Source: Turneriella sp. (GTDB lineage Bacteria > Spirochaetota > Leptospiria > Turneriellales > Turneriellaceae). From it: DNA of 64,000 bases. The stretch lies in NCBI GenBank assembly GCA_965279515.1, contig CBDIID010000003.1, forward strand, positions 928,001 through 992,000, read 5' to 3'. The notes beneath the pieces are model-generated. The model was not told the origin of the DNA. It did not search any database and worked only from the letters and a program-made list of their open reading frames with translations. Position 1 is the stretch's first letter. Each line of letters begins with the position of its first letter. Made by a program: the position numbers and the translations under genes. Shown one piece after another: positions 39,196 through 48,835 of the stretch.

Positions 39196-40416
39196 ATGCC
39201 GCATTATCAATATACCGCATTCACAAGTAAGGGACAAAAGGTTACCGACACCATTGAAGCCATCTCGCCGCAGGCGGCGACACAGAAGCTGAAGTCACTG
39301 AATCTTTACGTGCGCGAAATACGCGCTGACTCGGCCAAACGCGACCGCGAACTCTTCCCCTTCCTGAGTAATTTTCTTTATCGCATCAAACGCAAAGACA
39401 CGGGTATTTTCACGCGCCAGCTTGGTACGCTTCTGGGTGCGGGAATTCCGCTCAACGAGGCGCTTAACGACATCAGCGACCAGACCGAGAACAAACACCT
39501 GCGGAAAATCATCCAGGAGATGAAACAGCAGGTGATCGAAGGGAAATCCCTCTCCGAAGCAATCAAACAGCACGCCAATGTGTTTCCCCCGGTCTATGAA
39601 AGTATGATCCGGGTCGGCGAGGCAACCGGTAACTATGAACCGACGCTGAAACGGCTCGCCGATCTCGAAGAGCGCAATGAAGAACTCAAGGCGCGCGCGA
39701 TCACGGCGATGATCTACCCGATGTTCATGCTGCTGATTTCGGTGGGCGTGGTGTTTTTCCTGATGACGTCGGTGGTGCCCCAGCTCTCCGATCTTTTTAG
39801 TGGCTTTAAGGCGGAGCTCCCCCTGATCACGCGTATGGTGATCGGCCTTTCAAAACTCTTTTCTAACTTCTGGTATGTCATGATACTCGCCGTCGCGGGG
39901 GCTATTTACGGCTTCGTGCGCTACCGCAGCACGCCTGAAGGCAGGCATAAGACAGATAAGATGATCATGCGGATTCCTTTTTTTGGCGGGCTCCTGCGCC
40001 GCATTCAGGTCGGTCTCTTCTGCCGTAACCTCGGGATTCTCGCTGAAAGCCAGGTACCCCTGCTCGATGCCCTGAAGATTGTTTCGGGAACGATAACAAA
40101 TTCTATTTTTATCGACGAGCTCACCACGGCGATACAGCAGATTAAAGAGGGCTCTTCGCTGCGCGAATCCCTGAGAAATTCCGTGATTTTGCCGCAGATG
40201 GCGAAGGGAATGATATCTGCCGGTGAAAGCACCGACCGCCTGGCCGAGCTTCTCATCAAGGCCGCGGAGATCATGGAATCTGAAGTCGACAGCTCGGTAC
40301 GGCGCATGACACAATCGCTCGAACCGATCATGATTGTTTTTCTCGGCGGCATCGTCGCAGCGATCATGGCGGCGGTCATGCTGCCGATGTACAAGATGAC
40401 CGAGTACATAAAATAA
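39196..40416 (+). CDS. gspF: Type II secretion inner-membrane platform protein GspF
   Basis: FTRQLGTLLGAGIP, GEATG, AMIYP, LEPIMIV. Confidence 0.95.
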   Translation: MPHYQYTAFTSKGQKVTDTIEAISPQAATQKLKSLNLYVREIRADSAKRDRELFPFLSNFLYRIKRKDTGIFTRQLGTLLGAGIPLNEALNDISDQTENKHLRKIIQEMKQQVIEGKSLSEAIKQHANVFPPVYESMIRVGEATGNYEPTLKRLADLEERNEELKARAITAMIYPMFMLLISVGVVFFLMTSVVPQLSDLFSGFKAELPLITRMVIGLSKLFSNFWYVMILAVAGAIYGFVRYRSTPEGRHKTDKMIMRIPFFGGLLRRIQVGLFCRNLGILAESQVPLLDALKIVSGTITNSIFIDELTTAIQQIKEGSSLRESLRNSVILPQMAKGMISAGESTDRLAELLIKAAEIMESEVDSSVRRMTQSLEPIMIVFLGGIVAAIMAAVMLPMYKMTEYIK

Positions 40417-40467
40417 CCTTTTCACAACCCGCTTGCCGCACGATGACGGTTTTCAGACGCGTTTCCC

Positions 40468-41643
40468 GTGTGGCTCAGGATTCTTGAGTACCTTTCCGGA
40501 TTCCGGCGCCGCCGGATGCGCCTGAAGCGCGTCTTTCTGCGCAAGGTAATTCCACCGAAAATTCTGATCGTGCGCAACGACGGCATGGGCGATTTTATCC
40601 TGACCTTGCCGATCGTGTCGGCTATCAAACAACAGATGCCCGATGCCCGCGTCTATGTGCTCGCGGCGCGCGCTCTCCACAGCATGTCGTCTTTTCTTCC
40701 CGAGATCGACGGTTGGGTGCTGGATCCCGGGTGCCTTCTGAAGCGGCATAGGAAAAATAAATCGGACCTGCAGCTGAAAACCGAATACCATAGCCTCGTA
40801 CGTGAAGTTGCAGCCTACAGGTTTGACCTCGCCATCTTCTCTTACGCGGAAAAAACCAGCGCGGCACTGATCAGCGATGCCGGTATTCCATACCGTTTGG
40901 GGCCACTGCGCCGCAGCTTTTTTCTTAAATTCAATCTCTGGTATTATATTCCGCGGCAAAAGACCGGGCAGGCAGAATACCAGCTGAATCTGAAAATTCT
41001 GCGTTCGCTCAGGCTATCTAACCCCTACCGTTTTCCGCGTGTGGAGATCCCCGCGCTGAGCGTCAAAACAGTTACCGGGCGTTATGTTGTGATGCACGCC
41101 TACAAACGCTCGGGCACTGCACTTGTCTGGCCGGTCGAAAATTTTCAGGCACTCGCGCGCCATTATTCGGGGCAAAAGACCAAAGTGATCGTCGTCGGCG
41201 ACCGTGAAGACGCCGAAACCCTGCATGCTTATTTTGGTTCGATACCACTCACGCAGATTTTTACCGACCTGAATCTGGTACAGACGGCGGCGCTGATCCG
41301 CGGGGCACGGCATTTTTTTGGGAATTCTTCGGGACCACTGCACCTGGCGGCCCTCGTTGGCACGCCGCATACCGGTTTTTACCCGCAGAATAAAATTGCC
41401 GCGCCGCGCCGCTGGCGCACGCTGCCTTCGCCCCGCACGCCCCGCCTTTCAGAGCATCTGCTGAGCACCGACTTTCCGGTCAACTGTATCCGCTGCAAGC
41501 TTGAAAAATGCAGTTATTATCCCTGCACGAAAAAAATCAGCGTCGAATCGGCAGTAGCGTCGACCCGCTTCTGGAAAGCACAGGTGCAGGTGCGCACTCC
41601 TACGGTTAAAAAACGGGCCGCAAAGAAGCAAAAACAGCGCTGA
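40468..41643 (+). CDS. Glycosyltransferase family 9 (heptosyltransferase-like)
   Basis: ILIVRNDGMGDFILTLP, GNSSGPLHLAALVGTP. Confidence 0.88.
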   Translation: MWLRILEYLSGFRRRRMRLKRVFLRKVIPPKILIVRNDGMGDFILTLPIVSAIKQQMPDARVYVLAARALHSMSSFLPEIDGWVLDPGCLLKRHRKNKSDLQLKTEYHSLVREVAAYRFDLAIFSYAEKTSAALISDAGIPYRLGPLRRSFFLKFNLWYYIPRQKTGQAEYQLNLKILRSLRLSNPYRFPRVEIPALSVKTVTGRYVVMHAYKRSGTALVWPVENFQALARHYSGQKTKVIVVGDREDAETLHAYFGSIPLTQIFTDLNLVQTAALIRGARHFFGNSSGPLHLAALVGTPHTGFYPQNKIAAPRRWRTLPSPRTPRLSEHLLSTDFPVNCIRCKLEKCSYYPCTKKISVESAVASTRFWKAQVQVRTPTVKKRAAKKQKQR

Positions 41644-41656
41644 CATTTTGGTGACA
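41641..41656 (+). promoter_or_regulatory. Hem-box-like direct repeat TGACA-N6-TGACA (putative HemR site)
   Basis: TGACA-TTTTGG-TGACA, ending 55 nt before hemA ATG; 11-nt period typical of OmpR/PhoB sites; cognate RR in same cluster. Confidence 0.8.
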
Positions 41657-41711
41657 GCTTGTTTAGATTGCATTTTTGCCCGGAAGCTGATTGTAATTTA
41701 TCCCTAGCCGC

Positions 41712-42983
41712 ATGCAAACCCAAGGGCCACTGAACCGTTTCCACGCCGCTTCTCTGAGCATTGCCTCGCATGAGCTCGAGTGCCTGGCCGAATTTCCTGA
41801 TTCGCGGGCGTTTTATACCAGCACTGCCGCGGGCCTGCCCCCCGAAATTCCCGGGCTGCTCTATATGGCCACTTGCAACCGCGTCGAAGTCTATGCCGAA
41901 TTTGCCGAGGGTATCGATGCCGAAACGGGGTTCCGTGCGCTCGCTTCAGTTTCTCCTGTCTTTGCTAAACTCTTTGCTAAAGATCCGCAGGTTTTTCAAG
42001 GCGGTAAAGTGCTCGCTCACCTGATCTCTGTGGCAAGCGGGCTCAAAAGCCTTGCCCTGGGCGAAACACAGATTGCCGGGCAAATCAAGCGTGACTTGGC
42101 GCATGCAGACGAGCTTGGCTGGCTCTCCCCGGGAATGGGCACGCTGCTTAAGAAAGCGCTCGAAACGCAGAAAAAAATCCGAACTTCTACGGGAATTTCC
42201 GAAAATTCCTATTCCCTGATGAGTCTCGTCGATGAGGCGATTGCCGAGCGGGGCCTGAGACCGCTGCAAAATACGGTGGTGCTTGTTGGCGCGTCAGAAA
42301 TGTCTGCAAAAGTGGCGCGTTTCGCGCTGCGCCGTAACGTCGCGAAGTTTATCCTGGTGCGCAAAGATACCAGCCGCGCGATGAACGGCGAGATGCGGCA
42401 AATTATCGACGAGAACAAAGAAAAGTTTCGCGAAATGACGCTGGCAGACTTTAAGACAACCACCGAAGAGATCTCCGCTGACGCGATCGTGCTTGCCTCT
42501 ACCGCTCCTCATCCGCTTTTTACAGCAGGGGATATCCGTACGCTGACCGAACGCGGCGTGCTGGCCGCAGACGCCGGCATCGTTGACCTGTCTTTGCCGG
42601 CAAACGTTGCATCCGATGCAGCGCTCGCTCTCTCTAGCCGGCTGATTTCACTCTCATCACTGCAGCAGATCTCAGAAGAAGCGCGCGCCGAACGCGCTTC
42701 GAGCGCCCTGGAAGCCGAGCCGATTATTCGCCGCGCGGTCTACCAGCTCTGGCTCGATTCGCTCTACCGCGAAAATCCTGAAGTTGTGCGCAACTACATC
42801 GAAAACAAATCGGGCCAGAGCGAAAGCGAATGGCTGCGCCTGGCCGATGAAGCCGCACTCAGCGAAAAACAAAAACGCATCATGTACGATTTTATCAAAA
42901 AAGAACAGCGCCGGGCGCTGCAACAGCACCGCGAGATGATTCTCGAACTGATTGCCGGTGCTGCTTCGACACCTTCGCTTTGA
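41712..42983 (+). CDS. hemA: Glutamyl-tRNA reductase (divergent)
   Basis: ATCNRVE, ASGLKSLALGETQIAGQIK, VDLSLP. Confidence 0.88.
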   Translation: MQTQGPLNRFHAASLSIASHELECLAEFPDSRAFYTSTAAGLPPEIPGLLYMATCNRVEVYAEFAEGIDAETGFRALASVSPVFAKLFAKDPQVFQGGKVLAHLISVASGLKSLALGETQIAGQIKRDLAHADELGWLSPGMGTLLKKALETQKKIRTSTGISENSYSLMSLVDEAIAERGLRPLQNTVVLVGASEMSAKVARFALRRNVAKFILVRKDTSRAMNGEMRQIIDENKEKFREMTLADFKTTTEEISADAIVLASTAPHPLFTAGDIRTLTERGVLAADAGIVDLSLPANVASDAALALSSRLISLSSLQQISEEARAERASSALEAEPIIRRAVYQLWLDSLYRENPEVVRNYIENKSGQSESEWLRLADEAALSEKQKRIMYDFIKKEQRRALQQHREMILELIAGAASTPSL

Positions 42984-44689
42984 CCGTGGCCGGAAAAAGC
43001 GGCACGCCGATCACGCTCGCCTCGCGCGATTCGCTGCTGGCGCTGACGCAGACAATCGATGCGGCGCTGCGGCTCGAAACCGCCGGCTTTCAGCCGCACA
43101 TTGTGACACTCAAAACCGCGGGCGACCTGAAGCTCGATGCACCCCTGTATAACAGCAAAGAAGGCCGGGCCTTTTTCACGCGCGAACTCGACGATGCTTT
43201 GCTGGGCGGTAAGGCCGACGCCGCCGTGCATTCCTTCAAGGATCTACCTACAGAAAAGGTGACGGGTATTTCTGAGCCTGTTTTTTTCTCGGAGACAACG
43301 GGCGCCGACATTCTGGTGGCGCGGGAAAGCATCGATCCGGAAAACGACGCAGCAAAACTCATCATCGGCACATCTTCCTTGCGGCGCATTCACCAGCTTG
43401 CACTGGCCTACCCCACCGCACGCACCGAGATGTTGCGTGGCAACATCGTGACGCGGCTCAGAAAACTCTTCGAGGCCGACCGGGGCATCAATGCAATTTT
43501 GATTGCCGGCGCGGGCATCGACCGGATGACGCACTTTTCTGCGATTGAACCCGAGCGGTATGCCCGGTTTTGCGCAGAAGCCGTCTCGGCCCACATTGCT
43601 GCGGAACTGAAGAAATTCCAGGATTACCTGGGTTCGGGGATTTTTACGTTGCCGCTCCCCGAAGAATTTTTTCCCACGGCGCCCGGGCAGGGAGTGCTCG
43701 CATTGCAAATGTCTGCAGCGTCTGAAAAGCAGCATGGCGAGAGGCTTAAAAGGGCTTTCCCTGAGCACGAAAAAATTGCCGCGCGTGTGATGCTCGAGCG
43801 TGAAGTCATGACCGGGCTTGAAACCGGTTGCCATGCGCCGCTGGGCGTCTCGGCATTTAATGGCCGTGACAGTAATTTCCGTCTTTCGGTGTGTTTCAGT
43901 AAAAAAGTGACAACTGATCCGGTAAAATTTTCCGAATCGCTGTTCATCCGCCGGCAGGTGCGCGCAGATGCAAAGGCGGTCATTGCGGAGATTCTGCAGC
44001 CGTTCACCAAGGCGTTTTGGTGGGGCTTTAAAGACGCACCGGCAGATTCATCCCCCGAACTCATCCGTATCCCCGCGGTTAAACAGGTGGCCGTTCAGGC
44101 ACAGCTGCAACGGAGTGAAAAATTCGCCTCGGTATTCGTTGCTTCGGCAACTGCCATCGGCGCGCTCAGGGATTACGACCTCTTCAATACGCACTTCTAT
44201 GTGGCAGGAGAAGAGACTGCGCAGGCGCTGAAAGCCGCGTTCCCGGCCGCGCATATTACAATAACAGGCCGGGGTTTTGCCGCAGCGGCCTCGCAGATGC
44301 CCGTCCCTGCTCTCTGGCTGGGCTCCGTGTCAGGGGAAACGCGCGCCCGGAAAATCGCCGCGGGAAAACCCGGTTTTGTGTTTTTGCCGGTTTACGAAAA
44401 CCTGCCCGCTGGCGCCGAAGAGCTTCGCGGCAGTGCTGAACTCGGTGATACAAACCTTGTACGTGAGGCGATCCACCTGATCACTTCAGCGGCAGCGGCT
44501 AAGGCATTTACCGGTTTTTGGGGCGGGCGCAGGCAGGCTGATGCCAAGATCTCGTGTTTCGGCGACTCTGCGGCGGAGCACCTCGCGCAACATGGCTTTA
44601 CGCCCTACCACATCAGCGCTGCAGAAAACTTCACGGAATACTTGGCAGAAATCCGCGGCGATACAGATGGTATGCGGAAACGAGGTTAA
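42980..44689 (+). CDS. hemC: Hydroxymethylbilane synthase fused to HemD-like domain (HemCD)
   Basis: ASRDSLLA, VHSFKDLP, GTSSLRR, LRGNIVTRL, APGQG, GCHAPLG; extra ~230-aa C-terminus with FVASATA, VAGEETA, PVYEN, ITSAAAA. Confidence 0.88.
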   Translation: MTVAGKSGTPITLASRDSLLALTQTIDAALRLETAGFQPHIVTLKTAGDLKLDAPLYNSKEGRAFFTRELDDALLGGKADAAVHSFKDLPTEKVTGISEPVFFSETTGADILVARESIDPENDAAKLIIGTSSLRRIHQLALAYPTARTEMLRGNIVTRLRKLFEADRGINAILIAGAGIDRMTHFSAIEPERYARFCAEAVSAHIAAELKKFQDYLGSGIFTLPLPEEFFPTAPGQGVLALQMSAASEKQHGERLKRAFPEHEKIAARVMLEREVMTGLETGCHAPLGVSAFNGRDSNFRLSVCFSKKVTTDPVKFSESLFIRRQVRADAKAVIAEILQPFTKAFWWGFKDAPADSSPELIRIPAVKQVAVQAQLQRSEKFASVFVASATAIGALRDYDLFNTHFYVAGEETAQALKAAFPAAHITITGRGFAAAASQMPVPALWLGSVSGETRARKIAAGKPGFVFLPVYENLPAGAEELRGSAELGDTNLVREAIHLITSAAAAKAFTGFWGGRRQADAKISCFGDSAAEHLAQHGFTPYHISAAENFTEYLAEIRGDTDGMRKRG

Positions 44690-44691
44690 TC

Positions 44692-46038
44692 ATGGAAAAC
44701 AAAAAATCCCGGAAACTCTGGCAGCGCGCGCTGAATATTTTCCCCGGCGGCGTTAACTCACCCGTGCGCGCTTTCCGCTCTGTGGGCGGAGACCCTGTCT
44801 TCATCGCCTCGGGTAAAGGCACTTACGTGAAGGATGCCGACGGGAACAAATATCTCGACTTTCTTTCTAGCTGGGGCCCTTTGATTCTCGGACATGCACC
44901 GCGCAAGGTTGTCAAAGCAACGCGCAAGGCCGCCCTCTCAGGCTCAACCTTCGGCGCTACGACCGCGATGGAAGTCGAAACCGGCGAATTTATTCTTTCG
45001 CACCTGCCGTTTGCGGAGAAGATCCGTTTTGTAAACTCAGGTACAGAAGCCGTGATGACGGCCTTAAGGCTCGCGCGCGGTATCACGGGCCGCCAGATGA
45101 TCATCAAATTTGAAGGCTGTTACCACGGCCACAGCGATGCCCTGCTGGCGCGCGCGGGTTCGGGCCTTTTGACGCTGGCCGGCAATATCGCCGAGGCGAG
45201 CTCACCCGGTGTGCCGGATAGCATCGTGCAGAACACCCTGGTGCTGCCGCTCGACGATTCAGCGGCATTTGACGAAGCGCTGAAAAAATTCGGCGACAAT
45301 ACCGCCGCCGTGATTATCGAACCTGTACCCGCCAATGCCGGGTTACTGGTGCAGCGCCGCGCCTTCATCGAATATATCTTAACCGCGGCGCGCGCGAAAA
45401 AGATTCTCGTGATCTTCGACGAGGTCATCAGCGGTTTCCGCCTTGGCTTTTCGGGTTATGCAGGGCGCGAAAATCTCATCCCCGATATTCTGACCTATGG
45501 CAAAATTATCGGCGGCGGCCTGCCTGTCGGCGCGATTGCCGGCAAAAAAGCCGTGATGGACCAGCTCGCGCCCGAAGGCCCCGTTTATCAGGCCGGTACG
45601 TTGTCAGGAAACCCCCTCGCCATGGCGGCGGGCCTCGCGGCGCTGAAGAGCCTGACACGCAATAACGGCGAAGTCTATGAACATCTGAAAAATCTCGCCG
45701 CATGGCTGAAGGCGAACTTCACCGCGGAAATCCTACCTGTTTTTGCCGGCCGCGACTGGCAGGTTGTACTCGTGCAGGAAGAATCATTGTTCTGGCTTTC
45801 TTTTCAGAAAGCCGGAGCGCCCGCTTTCGTGCGCAATGTCAATGCGATTGAAAGTTTCGCCGCAAAAATATACGCACGTATTTTTCATGAAATGCTGAAC
45901 CGCGGTATTTATCTCGCACCATCGGCGTATGAAGTCGGATTTCTGAACGCGGCGATGAAAAACCGCGAAATCGATTTTTTTACTGAAAATCTGAAAGCGG
46001 TTATCAAGACCCTGCCCGAGCGCCTGAAGGATTTCTAA
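44692..46038 (+). CDS. hemL: Glutamate-1-semialdehyde 2,1-aminomutase
   Basis: PGGVNSPVRAF, NSGTEA, GCYHGH, FDEV, GKIIGGGLP, YQAGTLSGNP; GAGG RBS before ATG 44692. Confidence 0.96.
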   Translation: MENKKSRKLWQRALNIFPGGVNSPVRAFRSVGGDPVFIASGKGTYVKDADGNKYLDFLSSWGPLILGHAPRKVVKATRKAALSGSTFGATTAMEVETGEFILSHLPFAEKIRFVNSGTEAVMTALRLARGITGRQMIIKFEGCYHGHSDALLARAGSGLLTLAGNIAEASSPGVPDSIVQNTLVLPLDDSAAFDEALKKFGDNTAAVIIEPVPANAGLLVQRRAFIEYILTAARAKKILVIFDEVISGFRLGFSGYAGRENLIPDILTYGKIIGGGLPVGAIAGKKAVMDQLAPEGPVYQAGTLSGNPLAMAAGLAALKSLTRNNGEVYEHLKNLAAWLKANFTAEILPVFAGRDWQVVLVQEESLFWLSFQKAGAPAFVRNVNAIESFAAKIYARIFHEMLNRGIYLAPSAYEVGFLNAAMKNREIDFFTENLKAVIKTLPERLKDF

Positions 46039-47105
46039 TGGCCCAGGTTCAGCGCAAGAATCTTTCGCGCCTTTCGCTGTTTTCCGGGTCAACCCTGGCG
46101 ATGGCATTTTCCATGCTGTCGGTCATCGTGCTGCTTATCTGGTGGCAGCAGCTCATCAGCAAAAACCTGGAAACGCAGTACCGCTTTTTTGCGGCGGAGG
46201 CCACGGGTGAAAATGTCACCGACGCGCTGCGCCGCCTCATCGAAGACCAGGATGCTAAACTCGGCGCACTGCTCTTTGCCGAAAAATCAGCGAATACGGT
46301 TATACCCGGGGCCCGGCAAATCATTGAAGAGCGGCTCAAGAACCGGCAGAAGATGGTGCTCTACGAACAGACTTTTTTTATTCTGCTGCTTTTGTCAGGG
46401 CATATCTTTTTTCTCTATATTTATTTCCGCGAACGGCTGCGGCGCCGCCAAACCGAGGAGACCATACTTCTGGCGACACATGAACTCAGGCAACCCTTGC
46501 AGTCGCTCTCCCTGGCCCTCGAAACTGTTGCGCCCAAGGCAAAAGGACAGAGCCTCAAGGCCATCGAATCGGGTCTCAGGGATATCACGCGCCTCGGCGA
46601 CCACATACGCTATCTGGCGGGGGCATTCTCGCCGGTCGTGAGAAAAGCGGGGATAACCCGCGTGGAAAACCTGCCGGAGTTCGTGCAGGCCTTGATGCAA
46701 CGTGAGTTCACCGCCGCCGAAAACAAACGCATCGTCATGCGGTTCGCGACAACACCTGCTGTGACGCTAAAACTCAATACGGAACTTTTTGTTTTTTTAC
46801 TCCGCAACCTGACAGAGAATGCCTTAAAATATGCGACAGGAACGGTCGAAATCGCCGGCAAGGCCGAAGCCAGGTATCTGCGGCTGTCCTTTGAAAACGC
46901 CGGTGCGGCGATTCAGCGGGAGGATTTCCAGAAAATTGGTTCGATCTTTTACCGGCCGGCAGCGGCCGGCGTTCAAAACACAACGGGGTTCGGCCTCGGG
47001 CTCTACCTCTGCGGCCGCATCGCGCGCAATGCCGGTGGAAAACTATTATTTCAGAACGATGAGGCAGGACGCACTTCGGCAAACCTGCTGTTGAGGCATA
47101 GCTGA
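46038..47105 (+). CDS. Sensor histidine kinase in heme cluster (Hklep-like)
   Basis: 2 TM, THELRQPL, NLTENALKY, GFGLGL. Confidence 0.88.
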   Translation: MAQVQRKNLSRLSLFSGSTLAMAFSMLSVIVLLIWWQQLISKNLETQYRFFAAEATGENVTDALRRLIEDQDAKLGALLFAEKSANTVIPGARQIIEERLKNRQKMVLYEQTFFILLLLSGHIFFLYIYFRERLRRRQTEETILLATHELRQPLQSLSLALETVAPKAKGQSLKAIESGLRDITRLGDHIRYLAGAFSPVVRKAGITRVENLPEFVQALMQREFTAAENKRIVMRFATTPAVTLKLNTELFVFLLRNLTENALKYATGTVEIAGKAEARYLRLSFENAGAAIQREDFQKIGSIFYRPAAAGVQNTTGFGLGLYLCGRIARNAGGKLLFQNDEAGRTSANLLLRHS

Positions 47106-47797
47106 TGCACCGCGGCAAACACATCGCCGTCGTCGAAGATGATGACAATATCCGCGCGCTGATTGCCGAAAACCTCAAAACCGCGGGTTACCGTGTTTCG
47201 GCGTTTTTTACCGCCGAACAATTCGAGCGCAAGGCGGATGCAGGTTACAATCTGCTGCTGCTCGATATCATGCTGCCGGGCAAGAACGGCCTGCAGCTGC
47301 TCAAGGAGATCCGCGCGAAAGGCTTAAACTTCCCGGTGATTCTCGTCACCGCTTCGGAAACCGAATCGCACATCGATACAGCGCTCAGCGCCGGCGCGAT
47401 CGATTACATTGTTAAACCCTTTAACCTGAAACACCTGCTGCTGAAGATCGAAAATTTGTTCGACCAGATCGGTGCCGCTCCTGCTGGCGAAAAAAGGGAT
47501 GCCCTGACGATCGGCGCGGGCAGGTTTGATGCCGAGCTCAATATCGTCATCCGCGAAAAAAAAGAACATAAGCTGACGCCCTCAGAGGCGGCGACGCTCA
47601 CCTACTTCATCGAAAACCCAAACCGCATCATCAGCCGCGAAGAGTTGCAGGAACATATCTCGGCCGAGGCCAAGGCGATATCATCGCGCAACCTCGATAA
47701 CTATATCCTGAAATTCCGCAAACTCTTCGAAACCGACCCTAAGGATCCCGTTCTTTTTGTTACAATTCCCCGCAAGGGTTATGCGCTCAAGCGCTAA
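47105..47797 (+). CDS. hemR: OmpR/PhoB-family response regulator (HemR/Rrlep-like)
   Basis: VVEDD, LDIMLP, KPF, winged-helix C-terminus TIPRKGY; position between hemL and hemE. Confidence 0.8.
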   Translation: MHRGKHIAVVEDDDNIRALIAENLKTAGYRVSAFFTAEQFERKADAGYNLLLLDIMLPGKNGLQLLKEIRAKGLNFPVILVTASETESHIDTALSAGAIDYIVKPFNLKHLLLKIENLFDQIGAAPAGEKRDALTIGAGRFDAELNIVIREKKEHKLTPSEAATLTYFIENPNRIISREELQEHISAEAKAISSRNLDNYILKFRKLFETDPKDPVLFVTIPRKGYALKR

Positions 47798-47806
47798 GGA
47801 TGACGA

Positions 47807-48835
47807 ATGACACAACAATTCAACCGCTTTGATGCAGCCGTGCGCGGCATCGCCGCCGACCGCACACCGGTCTGGTTCATGCGCCAGGCTGGGCGCTACC
47901 TGCCAGAATACCGCGAGGTACGTAAAAAGCTGAGCTTCGACCAGATGCTCGCCGATGCTGCTGTCGCAACGGAAATTACGCTGCAACCGATTCGCCGCTT
48001 TAACCTCGATGCCGCGGTTATCTTTGCCGATATCATGACGATTCTCCAGGGACTCGATATTCCGTTTAATTTTGCTTCCGGCGGGCCTGAGCTGACGTTT
48101 AATATTAAGGAAGAAAGCGAACGGCTAAAACTTAACGCTGTGAGACTAACTGCCAACGAGGCAAAATTCTCGGCTTTTCTGCAGGCGATCCGAAATACCC
48201 GCGCCGCGCTCGGTAACGATAAATCTGTCGTCGGTTTTGCCGCATCGCCGTTCACGCTGCTGAGTTACCTTATCGAGGGCAAAACCTCGAAAACACACAA
48301 CCGCACGCGCGCTTTCATGGCCTCTGAAGCCAAACTTTTCGACCAGCTGATGGCAGACATCGCCGCTTGCACCGCGGCCTACCTGAAGCTGCAGATTCAG
48401 GCCGGGGCTTCGGCCGTGCAGATCTTTGAATCGTGGGGGGATGTACTCGGTGGACGTGAATATGCCGCGCGCATTCTGCCTCATATCCGCCGCATTACCC
48501 AGGAAGTGATGCCAGATGCTCCGGTCATTTTCTACGACAAAGGCGCATCGCTGCACATCAACGAAGTGCGGCCGTTCATTGCTGAAACCGGCGCAGTCTA
48601 CTCGGTCGACTGGCGCATCGATCTTGGTACGCTTTCTGAAATCAAGGTGCAGGGTAACCTCGACCCGGCCCTGCTCGAGAGCGATGCGGCATCCGTGCGC
48701 ACAGCAACGCGGAATATTCTCGTAGCACGGCAGAAAATTCCCGGTCATGTCTTCAACCTGGGCCATGGCATCACGCCCGAGGCAAAACTCGAATGCGTCG
48801 AAGCCATGGTTGAAACCGTTCAGACCTATAGCTGA
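47807..48835 (+). CDS. hemE: Uroporphyrinogen decarboxylase
   Basis: PVWFMRQAGRYLPEY, QGNLDP, FNLGHGI. Confidence 0.97.
   Translation: MTQQFNRFDAAVRGIAADRTPVWFMRQAGRYLPEYREVRKKLSFDQMLADAAVATEITLQPIRRFNLDAAVIFADIMTILQGLDIPFNFASGGPELTFNIKEESERLKLNAVRLTANEAKFSAFLQAIRNTRAALGNDKSVVGFAASPFTLLSYLIEGKTSKTHNRTRAFMASEAKLFDQLMADIAACTAAYLKLQIQAGASAVQIFESWGDVLGGREYAARILPHIRRITQEVMPDAPVIFYDKGASLHINEVRPFIAETGAVYSVDWRIDLGTLSEIKVQGNLDPALLESDAASVRTATRNILVARQKIPGHVFNLGHGITPEAKLECVEAMVETVQTYS

Noticed and set aside
46891..46915. Kinase G1 box with Asn (ENAG) as sign of a pseudokinase
   Set aside because: Asn-type G1 boxes occur in active kinases; H, N and G2 boxes are intact.
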